Source: Trypethelium eluteriae
Lineage: Eukaryota
Assembly (NCBI GenBank): GCA_051942245.1
Contig: JAVECL010000256.1
Coordinates: 1 to 32,569 of the forward strand
DNA: 32,569 bases
Direction: 5' to 3'
Under the pieces are notes generated by a model, which saw only the letters and a list, made by a program, of their open reading frames with translations, did not search any database and was not told where the DNA came from. The position numbers and the translations under genes were made by a program. Shown in pieces: positions 11,067 to 22,110 of this stretch (position 1 is the stretch's first letter; each line of letters starts with the position of its first letter).

Positions 11067-14000
11067 TTACTGATGGGACGGATCGAATGTGTCTTGGATA
11101 TACCTATCTCCCAGAGTCCGGCGCACATCACAGCCAAAGATGACATTCAGATTAGTGGCTACATCGGTTGCAGCGGCTCTGTTCGCGCACACAAAGACGT
11201 GCGCTCCATCCCTGATCTTCGCCTCGACGCGCTCGCGAACCCCTGGCTGAAAAACTTTGTCCTGAACCCGCGCCTTGAGGCCATTGCTGGGCATCAAGAA
11301 AAGCATGTCGAAGAGATCTGTTGCAACGGCTTCATCAATCCCTTCGTGAATCAATGCCGTGTCCTCACTGCGAAAGCCCACAAATAGGCTAATCTGACTC
11401 TCGATGCGGCCTGACTCTCCGTTCTGATCAGCTTCTCGGGCTTGTTGGGCACGCAGTCGTAGCAGACTTTGCATCGGAGCAAATCCTGAGCCGGTGACGA
11501 AGGCAACAATGGGCCCCACTTCCTTGTTGCAGAGTCTATGAAGCTGAGTCGCTGGCTGGATCCTGGCTCTAAATTGGTCACCGGCTTTGGCGGAGTTCAG
11601 ATACCGCTCACTGAACTTTCCATCGCATTTCGTCTGGACTATGAGCTCCAGCTGGCACCCCTCGGCTATTGACTCGGTGCTTTTCGGGGTCGAGGCGATG
11701 GAAAAGAACCTGGGAGCGGTTGTTGGCATACTAATGAGGACATCGTCCAAGTTGACTTTTCTATGCCACCCCGAAGGTAGGGCGCGAATAGCGTCGGCGA
11801 CGGGTAGGTTGACCAACGATTTTGCATTGAAATCAACACAATCAAGCTTCTCCGCCCAGTTCAAGTCCCGGAATGGGTCTTCCAACTGCACAAAGTCCCT
11901 GAGGAAGTCGAAGTAGCTTATCTGGTCAAGAACTGTTATCTTGCTGTGATTCTTCTTTCTTAGGAGTCGAATGACCTGGTGTACCTCATCGACTCTGCTA
12001 GGTGCAAGGAGTACGAGATAGTCCATGGCCGAGTAAGAATGACTACTGGAAGAGATTGTTACCTTTCTGAGGTTCTGCTGGCCGTGCGGGCAATGATCCA
12101 GTGCGAAGCAGGCATATAAGTTCATAAATTTCTTTAAGTCTTCTGCGCGAGGTTTTTCGTTCACGACGGAGTCATGGAAACCATTGACGTTGGCGTCTGG
12201 ATTGATAATCTGATCTGGAAGATTGTTCAACCATGTGTCCAGTCGTTTCCACGGTGGGCTTTCCTTTGCATTGTCGCCTTCTACAAAGCTATCGTTCAGT
12301 TGACGAAGGCCGGCATTTTTAAAGAGTTTAAAAAGAATTCGTGCTGCACCGTTGAATGTACCAAAGTATGAGCTATCTCCGTTACCAAAGATAGCGAAAC
12401 GGGCTTCTGGAAGGCGAGCTTTTTCAAGGCGTTCTGCAGTTCGCTGCCCGTTTAGAGGGATATCACCTCGGCCAGTGGAGCTTGCAATAAGAATCACAAC
12501 GTCGTTCTGTGACAACTTCGACCAATTTATCGAGTCCAATGGACGGGATTCCAATACTTGGAAATCCTGCTGATGTTGGTAAGGGTGTTTTTGCAGAGAT
12601 CCATGAACAGCTCCGGCGAGTTTAGCAGCAGTAGTTCCGGCGCTGCAGTAACAGACCATTACTCGGACCCGTGCTCCTGAGGGATGTAGCCCTGTGGCCA
12701 CAGCAGTTGATCTCTCCGTTTCAGCATCAGGATTTCTCGATTTGCTTTTGGAGTTCTTCTGTCGCCGCTTCCATGTTTTGACAGGATCCCCTCGATGGCG
12801 ACAGATCAAAGGCTTTGGTTGGTAGTGTGGAGCGCCTCCTCGATGCCATATTGGCACAATGGATCCTTGAGGTGGAGCGAGCCAGTACGGATCTGCAGGA
12901 AGCCGAAATCCATGCTTCTTGAAATGTTCATCATCGAATTGGCAGTAATTTGACGATGCGGTTAGTGAATCGGACATCCGCACTCCGTTTTGGGAGAAAG
13001 AATGGAACACTGCAAAATTGAGCTCTGTTTGAGCCCGGCACTAGCAGCAAAATAAGTCTTCATCATTCAAATCGCACGCATCGATACTCACAAGTAAGTT
13101 CAGACGCTCGCTCTCCGGTAGCTGGCCTAAAGGTCGGTGAAGCTCGTGCGGATATAGCGCTCTTACCACGTCGGGAAGCACATTGTATCGGCTCTCATCT
13201 GCAAGATCTCGAATTCCTATCTCCGCATCCATAAACCTTTGCCTGAAATCAGCATCCATTTAGAGAGGATTGAGTGATCTTACCATCCGACGAAAGGCGA
13301 CGCCGTGTATTGTACACCTCCGATATCAAATCCCAACTGACTCAATGCCGGAGCAGGTACCCATCGGAGCCCCAGTTTATCGAAGGGTAACTCATATCGC
13401 GGATGTCGGACGTGTATCAGAGGGAAGTCTTCCGCTGAAATGCCCGTAACAAATGGAGCGTCACCTTCAGCCATAGTCACAAGTGGTAGAAGATCCCATT
13501 TCGTCCGAAATTTTGGAGGGTTCCATCCCAAGTCAATGATACTCGTAGTAAGACTTGCGTTCATCGGATCTCCTAGGATTGACCCGTCGTCATTCGTGTA
13601 CTGTTGACGGTTAATGAATTGTAGGCACTTAGGAATGGACTTCAACCTACTCCTGCAAAAGCGAGTAGTTGCTGGTTCCAGATCAACGGACCATTTTCAC
13701 CAGCATGTCTGGCCGGAAACACGAAGGCTACACGGATTCAGTCGCGTTCCAGGGTTTGAAGGCTAATCATTTTACCTGTTGGTTGAATGTCACCTCGATT
13801 AAAGGCTTCTTTCAGTCCTTGCAAAAGTGCTTTTCCCATCTCAACACTTGTCCTAACATGCCGCAAATCGCAAAGGCTACAAATCTCATCAGACTGCAAT
13901 ATGGATATTTCACTTCCATGGGTTTCTCACCGCAGTTTCTCGTATTGGGATCTCATAATGCACTTTCGAGAATACTTCCATGCTAGGCGAATGCCATACT

Positions 14001-14550
14001 CGAGCTCTTGATTTGTTTGCGTCCATCCGTCAGAGCTGATGTCACTGCACCGGTTGCCGTTTTTGACCTTCAACGATACATGTTTCGAGGGCAAGCGTGC
14101 AACCCTTGCATTCTGATTGATCTCTTCCAGGACTTCTTTCACTCGATTCTGACGTTCCGCGCCATCTTGCAATAAATTATCCCGCCTCATTTGATCTAAG
14201 AAGCTTATGGCCTCTGCCTCAATTTGGTGAATTGGACGATCCTTTCCCACACGATGTTCGTCCGTGTGAATCATGCGTCCTGATTGGCAAAATTTGGAAG
14301 AACAACCAGTTGACGCAAGGACAGGATGGTATTCTTCGATACTCTGGAACTCTTGCGTCGCTGATGGCTTTTTCCACGGCCGTTGATACCCATTGGCCAG
14401 CTCACCATTGGCATGGTCACCATTGGCAAGTTCACCATTGGAAAATTCACCATCGGCAAGCTCACCATTAACCGGCTGGCTATCATAGGGAAAACAAGTC
14501 AGATAGTCACTTTCGAAACCTTGACCGTGTGAAATATCCTTGGAATGCAT
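11067..14550 (-). CDS. Full-length nitric oxide synthase-like protein (NOS oxygenase + flavodoxin + FAD/NADPH reductase)
   Basis: Six exons joined by GT-AG introns (about 13930-13877, 13775-13728, 13650-13601, 13283-13237, 13092-13041). Spliced protein: CSSKFC (Zn-site CxxxxC), GIRLAWKYSRKCIMR (heme Cys), IWNQQLLAFAGY..DGSILGDP, WDLLPL, LGLRW...IGGVQYTASPFVGWFMDAEIGIRDLAD..RYNVL, ELNFAVFHSF, PADPYWLAPP..SIVPIWH; then flavodoxin (SSTGRGDIPLNG, FAIFGNGDSSY) and FNR module (PRFFSIAS, TGSGFAP, VFVC, RYIQDTF). Confidence 0.92.
14390..14469 (-). repeat. 15-bp coding tandem repeat (5+ units) encoding NGxxx pentapeptides in the NOS N-terminus
   Basis: Plus strand: ccattggccagctca / ccattggcatggtca / ccattggcaagttca / ccattggaaaattca / ccatcggcaagctca / ccatt; encodes NGELA DGEFS NGELA NGDHA NGELA NG. 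Confidence 0.9.
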
Positions 14551-15240
14551 GTTGACGCTGCGGGATGGAAGACCAGGAAAATTGGGGCCCAGCCCAGATC
14601 AAAGCACTGCTTCAAGAGTGGTTGCGGAAAGTAGGTATGTATGGGTTCGTGGAAAAATAATAATTTGTCTAGTAATGCAATTTTCGATTCACTTCACAAT
14701 ACGTCGTTTGCTGTAACCAAAAGAGGCGGCTTGGCGAGACGATGGCGGCGGCTCGTACCACCCGTGACCCGCTTGGAAACCTTTTGTAAGGCCAGGAGGT
14801 AACACGGCACGTGTTGCTTTTGCCAAATTCGTACCTAGGTATGGATTGAGACTGCCGAGATTATGCTTGGCAGTGGCAACCGCCCGAAGATTGAGTTTGA
14901 AGCTAAGTGAGCCTCCGAGGAAACATGAAGTTATAGCCGCGGATTAGTGTTGTTGGGCATCAGTTACTGGATCACACAAATGCCTGGCCCGTGTCGGAAG
15001 CTTAGCAGGCTGGCCTCACTCTGGGTATTACGCTACAGGAGAGGGCTCCAGTACGGCTTCTACCTTATACTCAAATGGCATCGGCTAGATTGTTCTCCAG
15101 GCCCGCAAATTAGAGTGACCATGTTGAGACTAGATGTTCTTTTAAGACTACAGGAATCGATACCATCATGAAACCTCACTTCCTATAATTTATCACCGTT
15201 CCAAGCTAGCACACCACTGTCGTTTCCTTGTTACGAGTTT

Positions 15241-17271
15241 TCAATCCAAAGGCCCGTAGCGGACTGGTGGAATGAAATCGGCGTGGGTCAGGTTCTTGAC
15301 ATAGTCCGGTAGAGGCTTCATTGCATCCTCACCCTCTATGAGCACTATCTGCTGGCCCGCCTAGGCAGAGTTAGTTATACGTAACAGGAGAGCAACGCGC
15401 CTTGAGTTTTCGAAAGGACGTACCGCGAAATGGGCAATTCTATGGCAGTGTAACATGCTCATAGCAGGAAATGTAATGGTGTACCGGATAACCGTCCAGG
15501 AGCCAGCGTCAGCGGCCAGCCTGGCTCCATCACGTAGCGGGGGATTCACCATATTGAAGCTCTCGGGAGACTCTTTGATGCCCGTTGCCACGTCCTTCCA
15601 GCGGAAATATCCTGTACCTCGGCCAATGATCCAAGCCTTGTGGTTATGCTTGTGGAATGGATGCATTGCAAAGGCGTGACTCTCGAAGATGATATCGACA
15701 GTAGAGCCGTTCTTGAGTCCGGCGAAAGTCGTTTCACCACGCGAATCGTCATTCCATAGAATCGGTGGCATCTGCTGGCGGAAGCCTTGGTGAGGCTCAG
15801 AGGCTAGAAGCCATTCGCTTGGTTTTGGGTTCTTCACCACAAATCGAAATTCATGATCAGACGTCTGTGGCGGCGGTCGCTCCGGAAACGGGGCAAGATC
15901 CATCATTTCGTCCAGCATGGTTCCGGATCCAATCATGTTTCCGAGAAGGTCAATCCAGGGCTTACTATCTGGTACAATCATCATTCCGTCTTTGCGGCGT
16001 TCAGGAACTCCAGCGTAACGAAGGACTCCAAATCCTTGAATAATTTGCTCGACTGCCATACCGGACACGCGGAGAGCATACTCGCCTGGCTTTTGATCCA
16101 GTGGTACGAGGACACTGATCCTTTCGCCCATATTTACGTTGACAGCCTGAGACCCTTTAGCATTTTTTTGAGGTGGTTATACTGTAACATTAGATCACCT
16201 TACCTGAACTTTCTTTGGATAGGTAAAGTCGCCATCAGCCGCTACCACATACATATCGTGTTCGTCAATTGATATCCGCAACTCATGGTGAGCTCCCGGA
16301 TGGATGAAATTGAGCCAAAGATACTTTTCGCCCTCCTTGGCTTGGACAACTTCAAGATCTGTAAAGGTATCTTTGCATTCCCGCTTGTTCACAAAATTGG
16401 CACCTGCGGATGGTGGCAGACATCCCATTGTATCACGTTTGCCATGCTCGTTATAAGAGGCTATGACTTCGGGATCAAGACATGACGTCCTACCCTTACC
16501 ATTGATCACAATGGACGCGGCACATGCTGGAGTTGCTCCGGTGTCTCGGAACATGACTGTCAATATGTCCATTCCCTCAAAATTCCAGTCAGAGATCATC
16601 AAATGGTGGGCGTCCTTCTCGGCAGCACGCATAGCTTCGAGGTCCTGCCTATCGGAGGCTATCAACTCGTACGGCCTCGGACGCCACGAAGCTGGTCGGA
16701 TCCAGAGAGGTCCACGTTGACCCTATGAGCGTTAGTGGAAATCCGCGCCAATAAAGTTACAGCTCACATCGGCGAACGCAGGGCCAAAATGACCGTGGTA
16801 AAAATATATTCCAGTCTGGTTTGTCAAGGTAAACTCATATGTGTACGAGCCACGGGGTTCGATCGGCCATTGTGTCACTCCCGGAACACCATCATTCCAG
16901 TAACTGTCTACTTGATAGACGCCGTGCCTAAGATATTGATGAGGAGAGTAGTCGTCGAGTGTCGTCTGCACCAACGCACCAATGCATAGTAGCCTCAGAG
17001 AACATTTTGTTCTCAACTCGAACTCTTATCAAGTCACCCTCATCACCTTCGATGACAGGACCCGGTGTATCACCATTGATCGTCAGGTATGGTCTCCCAT
17101 TACCATCTTGTTGCTTGTTAGTGATCTGTTACTTGATGCGTAGCTGTCCATATTACGATACGCACCTTTTGACATGTACGTTGCTTGAAGCGTGAGATTG
17201 TACTCGCGGATCTGGCTTGCTGCTGCAAAAAGAGACGTTCCAAGGACGGAAATAGCTGTATTCAGCTTCAT
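15241..17271 (-). CDS. Secreted laccase-like multicopper oxidase (MCO-A), all 10 His + Cys ligands present
   Basis: Signal peptide MKLNTAISVLGTSLFAAASQ. After splicing, L1 HWHG, L2 YFYHGH, L3 HPFHKHNH, L4 HCHRIAHFAAGQ. The last exon (15360-15241) ends ...HADFIPPVRYGPLD*. About five GT-AG introns. Confidence 0.92.
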
Positions 17272-17933
17272 GTTGGGCAAAGAGAGGCTCGACTGGAGGT
17301 GCGTGGTGGGTGAGCTGCAGTTTGTCAAGATATGAACACCCTTCCCTTGGACTGTTTGAAGTGGGCGAACGCGGGTCGGAGCTGGGCCAGAGTTGGGCGA
17401 AAGCTTCTGCTGGTGACCATTCCATCTCTGTCGTAACCTTCATCTTGATATCCTCGTTGAGACTGCCGACAGTGTGACGTGAAAAGCATCCATGTCGTTG
17501 CCAAGATCTGTCGTGGTCTGAGCTCTGAAGGTTGGCGATACCACTAGACAGGGCCGACAAGGTGCAAGGACCAGGACCTACCCCAGACCTTCTAGGGTAA
17601 GTAGGCGCCTATGCAAGGATTGCGGATAGTCCCGATCGACGAGCGTTACATGGAAACTTTCGAGGTACTAGATTCCTTTTCAAGGCACCTTCTAGAGATG
17701 TCATTGAAGCCCAATGGCTTAAAGTTCATCGATTTGAAAATTCTGTTCGGCAATCAACCGTGACATATGTTCGATCACGGATGCCCAGAAGCCTCTCGGT
17801 AGATGTTATCGGTCAATACTGTTCTGGGGAGTTGCTGGAGCCATCACCTGGACTTTGCTCTTGAAGGGACCTTCAGCATCTTCAAGTATCTCCTCATTCC
17901 ATTTTCCGCCCCTTCCGTGAAAGACAGACAAAA
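17272..17933. promoter_or_regulatory. Probable bidirectional promoter region between the two multicopper oxidase genes
   Basis: About 660 bp between divergent start codons (17271 minus, 17934 plus). Inferred from geometry only; no specific binding site identified. Confidence 0.5.
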
Positions 17934-20108
17934 ATGTCAGATCTCAAGGAGCCATTCGTTTACCATGATGTTGGTACAGTCCGGTCGCACAAGCGTCCAC
18001 GAGTCATCTCAATGGTGGCAAGAGGCCTCGGCGTTCTTGCGCTGCTCTTACTGAGCGGGAAATTCTTGCATCAGGCGCTGACAGCTGGCAAAAATGGTGT
18101 GCATGATAGAAAATACTCTACACAACAGCATCTTGCAGTGCCTTCCAATCGAGTTCCCGAGACTGTTTACTACCAGTTGAACTTGTCGCAGGCTTGGAGG
18201 AATCCTGGTGAGAAGCATTATCGTCTTTGCCAGATGTGATTCACTAAGTTGAATTAGACGGAGCGCACTGGAGACCACTTTTTGTTGGCAATGATGAGTC
18301 GCCATTTCCCGTTATCAACGCTCATGAAGGAGATCTTCTGAAAATCAATATCCACAATGATTACGGACTGCCCACGACTGTCCACTGGTTTGTCAGCTCG
18401 TCACTTCATGAGCAATGGCTAACCCCTGCAGGGTCGGTGTCCGACATAAGAATGGCGCCACTTGGAACGATGGGAGTTCTGGAGTTACGCAGTACCCTAT
18501 CCTTCCTCGAGCGAACTGGACAAGTGTTTTCAACACATCTGGAGACTGGGGGTTGAAATGGTTCCTTGATCATACTTCAACGCCCAGTGTAGATGGTATG
18601 TACGGACGGGTGTGGATTCGGCCAAGCCCAGAGCGACCCCGACCATATCATCTGATAGCCGATAAGCCTGGGGAAATCCAAGATATGATAGATGCCGAAG
18701 AATCGCCAGCTCATCTCACTGTGTATAACTATCAGCACAAGCCCATGGACTGGCTTCTTGCTCAATTGCAAGGGGAAGGTTATGATCCTTACTGCTTCAA
18801 CTCTGCACTCGTCAATGGTATGCTTGGCTCGTCAAAGCGCAGACATTAGGCTCACTGTTTTGAAGGAAAGGGAAGAGTTCACTGCAAACCTGATTGGCTC
18901 GAAGAAATCGACGGCAATCCCGTTGACGCTAATGGTTGTGTCAAACAGCCCACCGGAGCTGTGGCATATGAAGACTGCACTCCGTCGTATAGTGATTATG
19001 AGGTTTGTGTCACAAGCTCATCTGTAAGGAAGCCCAAACTAATGATGCTTAGGTAATCGAGACACACAATCGCCGCTGGATACTGATGAATTTCGTCAAT
19101 CCCGGTCTCGAGCATCCTTGGCGAATCAGTATTGATAATCATTATATGTGGGTGGTTGCTACTGACGGTGGATTTGTGAAGCCACAAAAGGTTCAGGTCC
19201 TCACACTGACCAATGCTGAGCGCATAACTGTACTTGTCAAGCTTGATCAAGCACCGAAAGACTATGCTATAAGGATGTATGCTTTGAGCAGGCTTCAATT
19301 CCTTCAGACTTATGCCATGCTCCGGTATCCGGTGAGTTTGTATTCCCAAAGCATGAACAGGCACTAAGAAATGTAGCATCGGGAATTTGGCAAAATGCTC
19401 GGAGATCCAATGCCACGTCCTGACGAAAGAGACTCAGTGATCGAGATCGATGGTTCAATCAAGGATGGCGCCATCTTACTTGATAAGTCTGAACTCCATC
19501 CCTACCCGCGGGTCGCACCTCCTGAAAAAGCAGACATAACACTCCGCTTTCGAGCTACGGGTGCTCCAGATCCGTACAACCCGTACATCACAAATTGCTC
19601 TCTGAACGGATCACCGTGGCAGATCTTTAGAGGTTTGAGGACTCCCTTGGCTTTGGACCCGCATCAGAAGTTTCCAGAGCCGAATCCCGTCGTCACAGGT
19701 CTCCCTCTTGGTAGCGTTGTTGACATCATCGTCGAGAATGATCTGCCAGTCGATATCCCCATGTACAAGCACAATGATCCCACGTTCCGTCTTGGGACTG
19801 GTGACACTAAGTTCGATTGGAAGGATGTCGCAGAATTGCAGGCTCAGCATCCGTCGCTCATCAACCTCCAGGATCCACCATTGGGTTATCTTCATGACCT
19901 CCCGGCCGGAGGCTGGCTGGCGGTGAGGTGGAAGATCACGCAGCCCGCCATGACGATGTTCCATGCCTTCAGAGTGAGGTACTTCGTATTGGGCATGCAG
20001 GTACCAATGTTCGAAGGCGACGATCACTGGCCGGAAATCCCAGAATATGTGAAGAATCAACCGCACGTTGATTTCGAGCTCCCGGAGCACATGGGAATTT
20101 TTGACTGA
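17934..20108 (+). CDS. Multicopper-oxidase-fold protein (MCO-B) with most copper ligands substituted
   Basis: Multi-exon, apparently intact frame. Cupredoxin-domain signatures: INAHEGDLLKINIHN, DGSSGVTQYPI, RISIDNHYMWVVATDG, VVDIIVEN, GGWLAVRW. Ligand motifs read HWVG, WFLDH, IPMYKHND and HAFRVRYFVLGM. Hydrophobic N-terminal segment GLGVLALLLLSG (signal anchor). Confidence 0.88.
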
Positions 20109-20740
20109 AGACTGATAAAGGATAACTCGCATGGGTGTCGAGAATTGGGACACTTAAGTCCGCGACCTGATCATTTTGGGGCGTGCAGCGCCCACTAACC
20201 TGGCTGTGATTGGTAAGGTAGTAAGGCTAGCTTGAAATATACAGAAAGCAAAGTAATCCTTGTTCTCTGATTGCAAGTCTCAAGTGAGAGGTCATCCCTA
20301 ACTCAGGTGGCAGTAGGACTCCATGGTCTGCTGGGGGATACGCACAATCAGTCTCCGCTTTCCCATCCTGAGATAAATAAGTGGTTGAATCTATACATGG
20401 GGCTAGTTGCTAAATTAGTCGTTCCCAGGCTAGTCGGCAAGCAGAAATCGTCTCAATTAGCCTATTGTGAGTACAAGCGCGGCTTATTTTGCAAGTTATG
20501 ATTATCCCAGATTTTCAGACCACGGTGGTGTGTCGAAGTGATGGCCGGATGAGACAGACGACGGTAGCATTTGAATGAACCAATTACGTCGTTATGAGAT
20601 AGGTATCTTTAGTAATACACTGGAATCGTTGACCAAATTTGGCCTTCTTAAGATCAATGGAACCGCCCTTATTCGTTTTCCCTTTCGTTTCCTAAATCCA
20701 TATTAGCTTCATCCCATTCTCCATTAGTATGCCATCTCAA

Positions 20741-22110
20741 TTAGCGCAGATCTTCGCTGTGACCATCGTATACGAAAGATGAGACCTCAAACGTTTGTTG
20801 CATCCTGATACTGGTCAGTCTTGCGAGCTCACTGTCGCCACGGTCCGTATCAAGCCGTGAGTCCTTGGTAGCACTTTTTGGATGAGTCTGGCTATCGCCT
20901 CCTACTCTGGTACTTCCGCTTAGACCGGATGATTCGAGGTCGCGTTGGTACGAAGTCTTGGAAGGCCTAGCATACGAGGACTTGGGCTTGAGGATGAAGC
21001 GCTCAAAGACCGGTCTTAGGGTAGGCACAGAGCCGAGGACTATGATCACGAAAATTTCGGCACTGTCGTTCCAAAATATTAGAGGAGCTTAGAAATTAGG
21101 TGGAATTTGAATGCGAACCTTGTCCATACGTAAAGCTCGTATGTTTCCCCTAGCAATTGCATTAGTAGAGCAGCTAGAATTGCAGTTGAGAAGCTTTCGT
21201 ACAAGTTATGTCAGCACGCGCATTGAGCTCGTTTAATTTCGAGGCTTTGACCGCCGAACTGACGCTCGCGCTTCATAAGTCAGCAAGGACATAGATCAAT
21301 TGGAGTTCATTGCAGGAAAACTTACAAAACACCCAACCCAAGGACGGTGCATAACGCCACTTTCCTTTCAAGTTTCATTTGGAGATTCCATATGATCGTA
21401 ATGGGCATCAGGGCTAGTGCAAGGTCGAAAAAGGCATTCCATGCTGATAATTGAGAAAGTCAATATTGGCATAATTTACCAAGCGGGGGAGTGCCTACCA
21501 GCAGTGAAAATACTGAAATCCGTGTTGACGCGAGGGTCCCAGCAGTGTGCACCTGGAAGTGTAGGATTCCACAAAGCTCGTGATGGACTGCATTGAGCAA
21601 AGGTCAAGGTAATGGCGATAGTCGAGACGGCGGCGGTAAAGGCACTTCCAAAGTACAGGAACCACTTGCGCCAGAAACCGTTTCGACCCATGATTCTGAG
21701 GACCAGAAACGCCGTAGAAATCTTTCCTGTGGCAATAGCCGCGATCCCAAAAGGTATTGCTATCCAGTTCCAGCGGACTGCAGTGGAAAGCTGGCTTGGC
21801 GAAAGATAGTAGAGATGCCTTGCGCCTCCACTCCTACACAGAAGTGTAGTAATGATGGAACAGACGGCAAAAAGAAGCTTTTACCTCAATTAGTCAGACA
21901 TTTGCAAGTTTTAGGTCATAAGATTTCTTTTACCCAAGTGAAGAACATTATCCAGTCATCAACACCAATTTTGCGGAGAATCAGACGAGACTGCAGCCTG
22001 AGGAGAAGGACAATTGCCGATACGCCAACCTCCGTCCACCAGATCGCCAGTATAGCAGGGCCACGATCTTGGTTGCCACCAGGCGGTGGCGGTCCCATAG
22101 GTTCTGCCAT
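20741..22110 (-). CDS. PTH11-like integral membrane protein (fungal rhodopsin-like domain, no CFEM)
   Basis: PPPGGNQDRGPAIL...LRLQSRLILRKIGVDDWIMF, FAQCSPSRALWNPTLPGAHCWDP, and EIFVIIVLGSVPTLRP followed by a Ser-rich cytoplasmic tail. Several introns; internal exon boundaries are approximate. Confidence 0.85.

Noticed and set aside
11067..13010. 647-aa ORF as a stand-alone cytochrome P450 reductase or sulfite reductase flavoprotein
   Set aside because: Its N-terminus is the end of a NOS oxygenase domain and it splices in frame to upstream NOS exons.
14390..14469. Regularly spaced repeats as a CRISPR-like array
   Set aside because: The units are contiguous 15-mers with no spacers, lie in frame in a coding exon, and the DNA is eukaryotic.
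17934..20108. MCO-B as a simple pseudogene
   Set aside because: No stops or frameshifts in the spliced model, canonical splice sites, and ligand loss follows metal-site boundaries rather than being random.
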